Of a DNA stretch of 24,908 bases, positions 9,095 through 17,229 are shown piece by piece. Within the stretch, counting starts at the first letter, position 1. Every line of letters starts with the position of its first letter. Under the pieces are notes generated by a model. The model made no database searches. It had not been told where the DNA came from and saw only the letters and a list, made by a program, of their open reading frames with translations. Position numbers and translations under genes: made by a program. Source of the DNA: a virus (Duplodnaviria; Caudoviricetes); the IMG/VR virus record IMGVR_UViG_3300020432_000049, positions 1 through 24,908 of that record; one strand, written 5' to 3'.

Positions 9095-11858
9095 TTGTTA
9101 GCATTCCATTGTTAGTAGAAACATATCTAATATTAGGGGTATCACCCTTAACATTATTTATTATGGGTTGGTCGACCTGTTGAGTGATTACAACGAAATT
9201 ACTCTGTAACTCCTCATCGGCATCCTTCTGTGCCTTAGTTAACAGAGCTTTATCAGAGAATGTGATATTTGTTTCAACTTTATCATCCATCTTAATTTGC
9301 TCTACTGCTTTCTCCAAATCCTTAGAAAGACCATCTAACAGTGAAGCAATAGTTTTGCCTGCTTCAGTCTCTTCTTCAGCACCTTCTTTCTTTGTCTCTG
9401 TCTTAAGTTTGGTTTTATTACCTGTGAATACACCTAATGGGTCCCACCATGCCTTCTTGGGCTCTTCTGATTTTGGTTTTGTAATCTCTTTTATACTTCG
9501 AGGTGCTTTCCACATCCATATGTCATCCTCAGGTGACTGGTTTTGGAATATATCTCGTGTCATGAGGTATGACTTACCTACACCATCAGTCTTACTACCT
9601 TGTGCATTCTTCTTAATCCAGTTGCCACCTTTACCTAACTGACCAAAGGGGTCATGCACAATCCAACCTAATGGTGAATAACCTGTTAACATAGCCCAGT
9701 GACCCGACCCTGTATACTTCAATCCAAGAGGTACTGGGTATCCATCATCTATTTCTTTCTTCAAGACATCATATCCCTGCACACCAGTCTGCAACTTACT
9801 TTCAATACCATAATCTTTCAATGCTTTCTCTTGTGCTGAAGCGGAAGTAGATGACCCATACTTACTTCTTGTTTTATTATACTCTTTTGTAGATACATTA
9901 TTCTTTGTCAAATAACTTGTCCACATTGCCATGACAGTAGAATAACACTGCGTATCTCCTTTACGACCTAGTGGGTCATCATCATTTGCTCTTTGATTGT
10001 AATACGGTACGGTTAATACCTTACCACCCTGCTCAAACTCCTGCCATCTTTGAGATGGATTATGTCCTGCCACTTTCATTCCTAAGTGAAACGCTTTTAC
10101 CATACCACCTTCTGCAAACTGTGCGTCTCGCACTGATGTTGACATAGCTACAAATGGCACAAATACAGGTCCGCCTGCTGCTCTTCGTGATTTCTTATTG
10201 TTTTTCTTTTTCTTCTTCTTATTTTCCTTCTCAGGGTCATTCATGTTATCTAAATCGAAGGCATTGAAAGTTATAGCATCAAAGAATCCTGCTACCATAC
10301 TCTTAGGGTCCATCAATCGTTTAGCATTGTTAATTACAAATGCTACTGTAGCACCTATAGCTTTCATTCCCTGACTAAAAACAAATCCATAGAAGTCTCT
10401 TAATGGTTTTGTATACTTAAACAACATTCCACCAAGAGCACCTAACACATTAAATACTTCGCCAAGCACAGGTCCTAGATTGTCAATAAAGGGTTTGTAT
10501 ATTGCCTTTGCCAACTCAAAATACATACCAAATGCTCTCTTTATAGGCTCAAATATAGGTTGTGCCATCTTACCAAACGCTTTTCCAACCCATTCACCTA
10601 AGAAACCACCAATAGCACTACCAATCATAGGTGCGAAAGGTCCTAAGAATGGTGCAACTGCTGTTAATGCTGCAGCTCCTGCCATACCACCGACTGCCTG
10701 ACCTACACCCGCACCTATCGCAGACCCTGCTTCTTCACCCATTGCCAATCCAGACGCAATCCGTGTAACACCACCCAAGACAGCAAAACCTTTTGCCATC
10801 TTCATTGGATTTTTCTTTGCAAATCCCTTTACACCCTTGACCATCTTGCCACGAGCGATTCTACCTCTTTGCTGTAACTTCTGTAACTTACCCTTACCTC
10901 TGTATTGTTTTTGGAATCTATTGTCTAATTCTTTTTGATATAATTCAGACTTATATCCCTTGCCTGCCTTCGCACCACGTTTAGCATCAGCTCTACTTGC
11001 TGACTTTTTCATTTTATTATATTCATCTTCTGAGTATATGACTCCTGTCTTCTTATCCCTATAACCTTTCAATCTTGCCTTTTGCGATTGCCTCAATTCT
11101 TCTGCAGTCATCGCATTCTTATCAAACATAGAATTGACACCTTTAATATCCTGTATCAATTTCCATGGCATTACAAGATACTGAGCTGTCCTTAATGCTG
11201 CTATACCACCAATTATCTGGAATACTCCAATAAAACGACGCATTCCCCTTTCGACAGCAGTCTTATCACTAAGGTCTCCAAATACGTTACTTAGACCTCC
11301 TATCACACCACCCATACCAAAAGTGGCTATCTTAAATGCAAACTTACCTAGAGTAAAAAAGAATTTAACTAATTTAGTTACTTGCTCTGGATGTTTCTGA
11401 ATAAAATTTAATGCACCATATATGACAAACCACTTGACCATCGTGCCCAGTGTCTTACTGAGCATACCCATGAAACTCTCTATGGGTTTACGAATAGCAC
11501 TAAACCTCTTATCTGCTTGTTTTGCTCCTTCCTTTGCACCCTTCTCTGAAACTTGTTCTGCCTTCTTTCGTTTTTTGAAACCAAACATCTTCCTAAGACG
11601 TTTTTTCATGTCTTTGAAGAATTTGTTTTTCTGTTTCTGTCCCTTCCTTATAATAGTAACCTGTCTATTTCTACTATCTGAAAGATAATCTGCTTGAAAT
11701 TTTAATAGGGTTGACTGTGCTATTACATTCTGCTGAATAGAATCGGTAACAACTCCTGCACGATTAAGACCTGTTCTGAGCTCATTAAAAGAGTCTCCCA
11801 CCTCAGTCTTGGCGGAAAACTTATTGATAGTAACAAATTTCCTTAATTTAGCTGCCAT
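9084..11858 (-). CDS. Long tape-measure/gp29-like protein with a C-terminal peptidase C39-like domain (924 aa)
   Basis: Same helical and Gly-zipper layout as the neighbour. The domain LTVPYYNQ...TQCYSTVMAM...EIDDGYPV...SGHWAMLTGY...WIVHDPFG carries C39-like Cys/His/Asp residues. Confidence 0.7.
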   Translation of the reverse strand: MAAKLRKFVTINKFSAKTEVGDSFNELRTGLNRAGVVTDSIQQNVIAQSTLLKFQADYLSDSRNRQVTIIRKGQKQKNKFFKDMKKRLRKMFGFKKRKKAEQVSEKGAKEGAKQADKRFSAIRKPIESFMGMLSKTLGTMVKWFVIYGALNFIQKHPEQVTKLVKFFFTLGKFAFKIATFGMGGVIGGLSNVFGDLSDKTAVERGMRRFIGVFQIIGGIAALRTAQYLVMPWKLIQDIKGVNSMFDKNAMTAEELRQSQKARLKGYRDKKTGVIYSEDEYNKMKKSASRADAKRGAKAGKGYKSELYQKELDNRFQKQYRGKGKLQKLQQRGRIARGKMVKGVKGFAKKNPMKMAKGFAVLGGVTRIASGLAMGEEAGSAIGAGVGQAVGGMAGAAALTAVAPFLGPFAPMIGSAIGGFLGEWVGKAFGKMAQPIFEPIKRAFGMYFELAKAIYKPFIDNLGPVLGEVFNVLGALGGMLFKYTKPLRDFYGFVFSQGMKAIGATVAFVINNAKRLMDPKSMVAGFFDAITFNAFDLDNMNDPEKENKKKKKKNNKKSRRAAGGPVFVPFVAMSTSVRDAQFAEGGMVKAFHLGMKVAGHNPSQRWQEFEQGGKVLTVPYYNQRANDDDPLGRKGDTQCYSTVMAMWTSYLTKNNVSTKEYNKTRSKYGSSTSASAQEKALKDYGIESKLQTGVQGYDVLKKEIDDGYPVPLGLKYTGSGHWAMLTGYSPLGWIVHDPFGQLGKGGNWIKKNAQGSKTDGVGKSYLMTRDIFQNQSPEDDIWMWKAPRSIKEITKPKSEEPKKAWWDPLGVFTGNKTKLKTETKKEGAEEETEAGKTIASLLDGLSKDLEKAVEQIKMDDKVETNITFSDKALLTKAQKDADEELQSNFVVITQQVDQPIINNVKGDTPNIRYVSTNNGMLTNGN

Positions 11859-12043
11859 CAGAGAGACATACGATTACTTTCTGCTTTTTGCCTTCGCTCT
11901 TCCTCTTGAATGAATGCTAAGAGGAGATTAACATAAACATCACGCTCCCATGGCATCATATTCTCTAGCTCAGTGAGACTATACTTATGATGCTGCATCA
12001 ATGCGAAGTTAGTCTTGTAGTAATTCTCAAGACTGTCATGCAT
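11858..12043 (-). CDS. gp51: gp51-like baseplate hub assembly protein; possibly the -1 frameshift extension of gp26
   Basis: LENYYKTNFALMQHHKYSLTELENMMPWERDVYV is the typical cyanophage 'gp51' sequence. TGATG coupling to the downstream gene. Confidence 0.85.
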   Translation of the reverse strand: MHDSLENYYKTNFALMQHHKYSLTELENMMPWERDVYVNLLLAFIQEEERRQKAESNRMSL

Positions 12044-12048
12044 TAATG

Positions 12049-12753
12049 CTACTCGAAAAAAGACGCTAACCCTTCTAAAACTACTTCACTTTTGACTTTG
12101 GTGTCTGGGTTATATACCTCAATGGTATGCTGTAGTTTAGGCATAGTCTCAAAGAAATTCTGTATTAGAGCAAATTGCTCAGAATTTAGATTCTCTAGAA
12201 ACTCTAGTGCTTCTTTATGGGAGAAAGAGTCATAAACTTCTTCATCATCAAATACTTGGTCTATACACTTAGCTGCCATCTCAAAGATGTCATCTACAGT
12301 AGGATTCTCACTCATATTCTGTTGAATAAACGCATCCAATGAAGGATACTTCATCACAATACCAATTTTGTCATCAAGTTTAATCTTCTTGTCATGACCA
12401 TCAGGGACTTGGACTTCTACTTCTTCCAATGGTATTTGGACTGGAATAGATGTCTTTTCGTCATCTGGTGCGGTGATTTTAAATTCACTAATTTCACCAA
12501 CTGCTTTTGCTCTAATACGAAGGAAGATGTATTCAATCTCGAAAGTAGCGAGTTTATCTACATTGCTTTTTAGATTAGTGCAGTTTTTGATGATAGTTTT
12601 AACTGCTTTTACCATTTGCTTGTTGTCTTGCGACTCCATTGCAAGGTAAAGTAATTTCTCTTCTTTTACAAGAAAAGGTCTATACGTAACTTTTGTACCT
12701 GTAAGAGGTAACTCCAACTCATACTCAGGTATGGCTAATTTAGGTAATGGCAT
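12049..12753 (-). CDS. gp26: gp26-like baseplate hub subunit / assembly chaperone
   Basis: MPLPKL..PEYELELP, YRPFLVKEEKLL, FEIEYIFLRIRAKAVGE, MKYPSL, FFETMPKL and terminal LEGLASFF. Confidence 0.9.
   Translation of the reverse strand: MPLPKLAIPEYELELPLTGTKVTYRPFLVKEEKLLYLAMESQDNKQMVKAVKTIIKNCTNLKSNVDKLATFEIEYIFLRIRAKAVGEISEFKITAPDDEKTSIPVQIPLEEVEVQVPDGHDKKIKLDDKIGIVMKYPSLDAFIQQNMSENPTVDDIFEMAAKCIDQVFDDEEVYDSFSHKEALEFLENLNSEQFALIQNFFETMPKLQHTIEVYNPDTKVKSEVVLEGLASFFE
12055..12061 (-). other. Candidate -1 programmed ribosomal frameshift site T_TTT_TTC
   Basis: X_XXY_YYZ heptamer in the correct phase, one codon before the gp26 stop. The -1 frame reads TTT TTT CGA GTA GCA TTA ATG straight into gp51. 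Confidence 0.65.
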
Positions 12754-12774
12754 AATGAAACATTATTATAATTT

Positions 12775-12781
12775 TATTTAG
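12775..12781 (-). promoter_or_regulatory. Late-promoter-like CTAAATA upstream of gp26
   Basis: Variant of TATAAATA about 21 nt before the gp26 ATG, overlapping the upstream stop codon. Confidence 0.5.
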
Positions 12782-13521
12782 ACACCCACAGAGGCAACAT
12801 CTTTCTGCTCTAATACGAATCCTAGTTGATTTGCAATCTCAGTTGTGTTACTGACTTTGACATCTTTCATTCCTACCTTTCCAAATGCAGCGTTTTTATT
12901 GCCAATCTTATCAAATCTATACCTCTCAAAGAAGAAATTTACATTTAATTTAACTAAACCAGTAGGACCGTTGTCAAATGACATCTCTGACATATCATAT
13001 GGGAATGCACCATACATTTGCCATACAGCAGATGAGCGATTCAATCTAGCATGTCCTGCACCTTGCTTGTTTGTAGGGTCGCTATATACCACATTTGAAG
13101 CGTTTTCCCATTTAAGAACTGATATATTAGATGTATATTCTTCATATAAACCAACTCTATTCTCTGCATCTGATGCTGTGCTCTGCATCCATGTCTCAAA
13201 GAAATCACGATGATATTGGTCTTTTGTCACTAGAAATTCTATTTGTAAGTCTCCAAATGCTGTATTAGTAGCATATTTACGAGATACACCAATATCTCTA
13301 ACCTCACTGGTAGTAACCCTTCTGCCAGGTACAGTTACAGCACTTGCAAAGTAATTCATAGCATCAACATGCTCTAAATTATTTCTTTCTGTGCCAAAAG
13401 TAGACTCCTTTAGAATAACTGAAGATGGTATCTGCACTCTGACTTCAAACAAGTTAGACTTCGAGGGTGTCTTATACCCCGACATCACTTGGTCTTGGAA
13501 TCTCTTAAATGAATTTGGCAT
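12778..13521 (-). CDS. Tail tube-like / gp54-like baseplate tail-tube initiator
   Basis: SKSNLFEV, ASAVTVPGR, FFETWM and AFPYDMSEMSFD...LVKLNVNFFFE follow the gp19/gp54 tube-fold pattern. Located between gp2 and gp26. Confidence 0.65.
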   Translation of the reverse strand: MPNSFKRFQDQVMSGYKTPSKSNLFEVRVQIPSSVILKESTFGTERNNLEHVDAMNYFASAVTVPGRRVTTSEVRDIGVSRKYATNTAFGDLQIEFLVTKDQYHRDFFETWMQSTASDAENRVGLYEEYTSNISVLKWENASNVVYSDPTNKQGAGHARLNRSSAVWQMYGAFPYDMSEMSFDNGPTGLVKLNVNFFFERYRFDKIGNKNAAFGKVGMKDVKVSNTTEIANQLGFVLEQKDVASVGV

Positions 13522-13991
13522 TAGAGTCTACTCCATATAAAACTACTGGGAATCTCGACATATCTACCCATGACATCCCTAACAAACTGCTCAACTGGTA
13601 ATGGTGTGAAGTTAGCAAGCTCCTCTTTAGGGACTATGTACATATTTGTAGCACTTGACATGAAGTATTTATGGTAACATCGCTTAGGAAATGCTTGTGT
13701 GCCTGCTGACCACGAGGATGCTACTCCCTGTCTGACTGATGGACGTAAATAATGTAAATTTCCACCAGAAAACTGCCTTTTATTGAAATCTACATCACTA
13801 ACGAGTGTCATAGGGTATGTATCAAAGAAAGGTAGTAACTCTGTCTGTGCTGCATACTGATAGAATATAATATCACCCACTCCAAGTATTCCACTAAATG
13901 GCTCAAGTTTCTCTACCAACCGTGCACGATACCACTCTTTGCTTTTAGTAGCACCTCCTGTTGCATCTTTTATGTCTGAGAAAATACTCAT
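13521..13991 (-). CDS. gp2: gp2-like DNA end protector protein
   Basis: FYQYAAQTELLPFFDTYPM...GGNLHYLRP...CYHKY...PLPVEQF resembles T4 gp2. Adjacent to gp4. Confidence 0.75.
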   Translation of the reverse strand: MSIFSDIKDATGGATKSKEWYRARLVEKLEPFSGILGVGDIIFYQYAAQTELLPFFDTYPMTLVSDVDFNKRQFSGGNLHYLRPSVRQGVASSWSAGTQAFPKRCYHKYFMSSATNMYIVPKEELANFTPLPVEQFVRDVMGRYVEIPSSFIWSRL

Positions 13992-14422
13992 ACCTTTAAT
14001 TCGTGCTCTGTAAGTATCTTGAATTGCATACGACGGTCTTTACAATACTCAATCGCTGCTTTCCATTTTGCCTCGTTTACACAATATGTCTTAACTTCTG
14101 TTAGATACTTCTTTGTAACTCTGCGTTGTTTTTTGGGAGGTGACGTCTGCTTATGAGGCTTGACCTCAATGACAAACTTCTCTGTCCTCCCAGTTTTAGT
14201 CCTTGCTCTGACATAAAAGTCTGGGAAATAGCGATGAACCCGCCTATCGACAGGACTGATATAAGGTATAACGATTTCTTCACTTCCCCACTCTATTACA
14301 TTTTCGTTTCTGTCGCACCAGACCATAAATTTTCTTTCCCATAAACTCCTATAAATAATGTTAGTCGGGTCTCCTTTGTATTTGAATCTGTTGGTTGGTT
14401 TGTATTTTCCCGAATAAGACAT
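13988..14422 (-). CDS. gp4: gp4 head completion nuclease
   Basis: YSGKYKPTN..KYKGDPTNIIYRSLWERKFM, WGSEE, HRYFPDF, IEVKP, NEAKWKAA and FKILTE. The real start is probably ATG 14422. Confidence 0.92.
   Translation of the reverse strand: MSYSGKYKPTNRFKYKGDPTNIIYRSLWERKFMVWCDRNENVIEWGSEEIVIPYISPVDRRVHRYFPDFYVRARTKTGRTEKFVIEVKPHKQTSPPKKQRRVTKKYLTEVKTYCVNEAKWKAAIEYCKDRRMQFKILTEHELKV
14350..14357 (+). promoter_or_regulatory. Late promoter TATAAATA inside gp4, pointing to gp48
   Basis: Exact consensus 75 nt upstream of the gp48 ATG. Confidence 0.5.
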
Positions 14423-14427
14423 AAATA
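14421..14427 (+). promoter_or_regulatory. Late-promoter-like ATAAATA immediately upstream of gp48
   Basis: CATAAATAACAAAATG: the motif ends 5 nt before the ATG and overlaps the gp4 start codon. Confidence 0.6.
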
Positions 14428-14432
14428 ACAAA

Positions 14433-15455
14433 ATGGCAGTAGGTACTTGGGACAATCCTTATGGAAGCGAGTTAGGCGGGGGTGAAACCCTTGTGTTCCC
14501 TCGTAGTAAACCCTATGGTGCTAACTCAACATCTGCACAAGACGCAATATCAAAGGATAAAACAAATGGTACTGAGGTAGTTGACTACCTTAAGATTACT
14601 ATTTATGACCCAAAGGAAGGTAATAATAGTAGTTATAATAACTCTAAAAAGAATTTAGCAAACAACGATAAAGTAAAAAGAAGTATATATCTATATCTAC
14701 CAAATAAACTAAGAGAAGGATATCAAGCAAAGTATAATGGTGTAAAGTTAGGACCTTTAGGTGTAGGAGCAGTTGGTGCTGCATCTGAAGCGATAGCTGC
14801 AGGAGGTATCGGTGATAGTTTCAAAGATACTATTTCAAAAATGGCAGAGTCTGGAAAATCTGTAGCAGGGTATGGTATTGGAGCTGATGTTATCAATAAA
14901 GTGCTTAAATTTGGTGGTGGTGGTAATATAGGTGCAAATGAATTAGCAGCATTAACTACAGGAAAGGTATTCAACCCATATGAAGAGACTATATTTCAAG
15001 GTGTAGAGTTTAGAGACCATAAGTTTGATTTCTTGTTTGCACCTAAGAATTCATCTGACGTAGAGACTGTTGTCAATATAATAGAAGCATTTCGTGTTGC
15101 TATGCTCCCAGGAAAGGATGACAGTATGTGGTTGACTATACCTGATTACTTCAGAATTGAAATTGTCAGATTAGTTTCTAATGAAGAGGAAGAAACACTG
15201 TATCCTCAATCTGGTAATTCAACAAATAAAGGTGTCTTACAGAAATTGATGCAATTTCCATCTAAAATGGTTTTGACTAATATGGATGTGGATTTATCTC
15301 CATACGGTCCGTATACGTCTCTTAAGACAAATGACCCCTTGAATAGCTCATATGACTTCGGTCCTGTTGCATATAACATGAGTTTATCATTCAAAGAAAC
15401 ATCCCTACTTACTCGTCAGAGTTATGGATACGATACTAGAGGAGAAAAATCATGA
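14433..15455 (+). CDS. gp48: gp48 baseplate tail-tube cap
   Basis: SIYLYLP, VFNPYEETIFQGVEFRDHKFDFLFAPKNSSDVETVVNII, VLTNMDVD and MSLSFKETSLLTR. Upstream of gp53. Confidence 0.88.
   Translation: MAVGTWDNPYGSELGGGETLVFPRSKPYGANSTSAQDAISKDKTNGTEVVDYLKITIYDPKEGNNSSYNNSKKNLANNDKVKRSIYLYLPNKLREGYQAKYNGVKLGPLGVGAVGAASEAIAAGGIGDSFKDTISKMAESGKSVAGYGIGADVINKVLKFGGGGNIGANELAALTTGKVFNPYEETIFQGVEFRDHKFDFLFAPKNSSDVETVVNIIEAFRVAMLPGKDDSMWLTIPDYFRIEIVRLVSNEEEETLYPQSGNSTNKGVLQKLMQFPSKMVLTNMDVDLSPYGPYTSLKTNDPLNSSYDFGPVAYNMSLSFKETSLLTRQSYGYDTRGEKS
14600..14606 (-). promoter_or_regulatory. Late-promoter-like ATAAATA inside gp48, pointing to gp4
   Basis: Plus-strand TATTTATG reads CATAAATA on the minus strand, about 178 nt upstream of the gp4 ATG. 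Confidence 0.4.
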
Positions 15456-16429
15456 GTAATTATTTTTCATATTTACCAAATGTATATGTAAGGACAGCAA
15501 CGTATCGTCAGAATAACGTTGACCCATACATCCTTACTAAGAATCTATTTCGCAGAGTCAAAATAAGAGACGATGTAGAAGGTTTTATCACTGGTTTTAC
15601 TCAATATACTATAGTAAACAATGAAAGACCTGATAATGTAAGTATGAAAATGTATGGTGACCCAGAATATGACTGGGTTATCTTGATGACAAATAATATC
15701 ACCAATCTATATGATGAGTGGCCTATGACAGAAGATGAGTTATACAAATATTGTGTTTCTACATATGATAGTCCAGAAGGTATCCATCATCATGAAAGTC
15801 AAGAGGTAAAAGACCAAAATGGCAATATTATATTAAAAGCAGGATTGACAATACCTCATAATTTTACATATAGACGTCCTGATGGGACGATGGTACCTCC
15901 TTCAGAGTTGATTGTGCCAATTACTAACTATGAGCATGAAGCAAAGAAAAATGACTTCAAACGCAATATTTACGTATTACGCAGACCCTTCTTAACTACA
16001 TTCTTAGAAGAATTCCAGTCACTTGTCGAATATGAGGATTCTAGAGAAGTTGATGATAATACAGGTTTCAAGAAAACAAGAGACGCTATCAAGGAAAACT
16101 TCATACCTGTCAAACCTACATATTCCACAAATATTGGTCAAACACCATCTGTCGATTTTGCAGTGCAACAAGACTTTGGAAATATTACAGTTGATACCTC
16201 AGGTGCAACTATTGAGGAAGGACAGCAACTTGCTGACGGTAGCACAACAGTAACCACAGGTAGCACAGGTACACAAACAAACGCTGCTTCAACATCGTCT
16301 GATACAGCGATTACAGAAACAGCGTCTAATACTACAGATTCTTCTTCATCTTCCAGTAGCAGTAGCAGTGGAAGTAGCGGAAGTAGTGGGTCTAGTCAGG
16401 GCGGTTATGGCGGTTATGGCGGTTATTAA
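15452..16429 (+). CDS. gp53: gp53 baseplate wedge subunit with a Thr/Ser/Gly-rich C-terminal extension
   Basis: YFSYLPNV.V, KNLFRRVK, ERPDNVS..MYGDPEYDWVILMTNNI..LYDEWP, IHHHE and ITNYEHE...KRNIYVL. Confidence 0.9.
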   Translation: MSNYFSYLPNVYVRTATYRQNNVDPYILTKNLFRRVKIRDDVEGFITGFTQYTIVNNERPDNVSMKMYGDPEYDWVILMTNNITNLYDEWPMTEDELYKYCVSTYDSPEGIHHHESQEVKDQNGNIILKAGLTIPHNFTYRRPDGTMVPPSELIVPITNYEHEAKKNDFKRNIYVLRRPFLTTFLEEFQSLVEYEDSREVDDNTGFKKTRDAIKENFIPVKPTYSTNIGQTPSVDFAVQQDFGNITVDTSGATIEEGQQLADGSTTVTTGSTGTQTNAASTSSDTAITETASNTTDSSSSSSSSSSGSSGSSGSSQGGYGGYGGY

Positions 16430-16700
16430 GTTTTCTTGGTAGGTAAAATATACAATAAGATAACACCCAGAATGCAATCACAAAAAGCAAGTGCATTAAT
16501 CTGTAGGAGTTTACTATTAATCCTAGTGTTACGAGAGCTATCCAAGTGTAATCTAGAGTGCCATGAAGACGATACCACCGATTCTCACCAAGTTTCTTAA
16601 TTACCTTCTTTCTTAGATTATCAAAGAAAGGAGATACATGCCTCATCATAACAAAACCCTCATTTAAGACCATGAGGGTAAATCCAATCCAGAAAATCAT
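16392..16700 (-). CDS. Hypothetical membrane protein (102 aa)
   Basis: Several hydrophobic segments. ATGA coupling with the upstream ORF. Confidence 0.7.
   Translation of the reverse strand: MIFWIGFTLMVLNEGFVMMRHVSPFFDNLRKKVIKKLGENRWYRLHGTLDYTWIALVTLGLIVNSYRLMHLLFVIAFWVLSYCIFYLPRKLNNRHNRHNRPD
16400..16426. repeat. Tandem 9-bp repeat (GGCGGTTAT)x3
   Basis: Exact triplication. It encodes GGY x3 in gp53 and the NRH/RHN repeat in the convergent ORF. Confidence 0.9.
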
Positions 16701-16984
16701 ATTCCGTTCCAGAAATTATCTGTTGGTGTTGCCATATTCCTTGATATAAAATATAAACCTACATTACATAAAAACCAGTAAATATTGGTTATCCATGCTT
16801 GTCTCCAACAATATTTTCTATTGCTTTGGACTATATACATGTTTCTCTCATTCATTGATGTGTCAGGAGATAAAGGTCTGACTTTAAGATATTGCTCTAG
16901 TAGTAATGAAATGACAAAACCTATTGCAAAGATGTAAAATAACAGGTTTAAAAACCCTGCTGCTGTGAATAAGAATGGTAACAT
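16697..16984 (-). CDS. Hypothetical membrane protein (95 aa)
   Basis: N-terminal hydrophobic helix and a second aromatic/hydrophobic stretch. TAATG coupling. Confidence 0.7.
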   Translation of the reverse strand: MLPFLFTAAGFLNLLFYIFAIGFVISLLLEQYLKVRPLSPDTSMNERNMYIVQSNRKYCWRQAWITNIYWFLCNVGLYFISRNMATPTDNFWNGI

Positions 16985-17229
16985 TAATATCTTTCGGGTA
17001 TATTTGGTCTATGGTCTTTAAACTTATCATGATTACCGTCCCCAGGCATCTTGCCATAAGCAACATATTGTATTGCTTGCATTGACCCTTCTAGACGTTT
17101 TAGGTCATTTTCGTTTTTAACATACTCTTCATACCAACCTTTTATTTCATCTTGTCTGGCAGTGAGTTGCATTGTGCGTTTTGTAAAACGCTGAATTAGT
17201 TGCTCGTAGGTTTCTACAGGTTTAGTCAC
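16984..17229 (-). CDS. Hypothetical coiled-coil protein (about 81 aa)
   Basis: The ORF track gives 16984..17286. GTG at 17229, next to the upstream stop, is the likelier start. Confidence 0.65.
   Translation of the reverse strand: MTKPVETYEQLIQRFTKRTMQLTARQDEIKGWYEEYVKNENDLKRLEGSMQAIQYVAYGKMPGDGNHDKFKDHRPNIPERY

Noticed and set aside
732-13213. Numerous plus-strand ORFs in the track (for example 1437..1847, 2643..3056, 6010..6366, 9184..9642, 12845..13213)
   Set aside because: They lie antisense to well-supported minus-strand genes and show no motifs. They are shadow ORFs.
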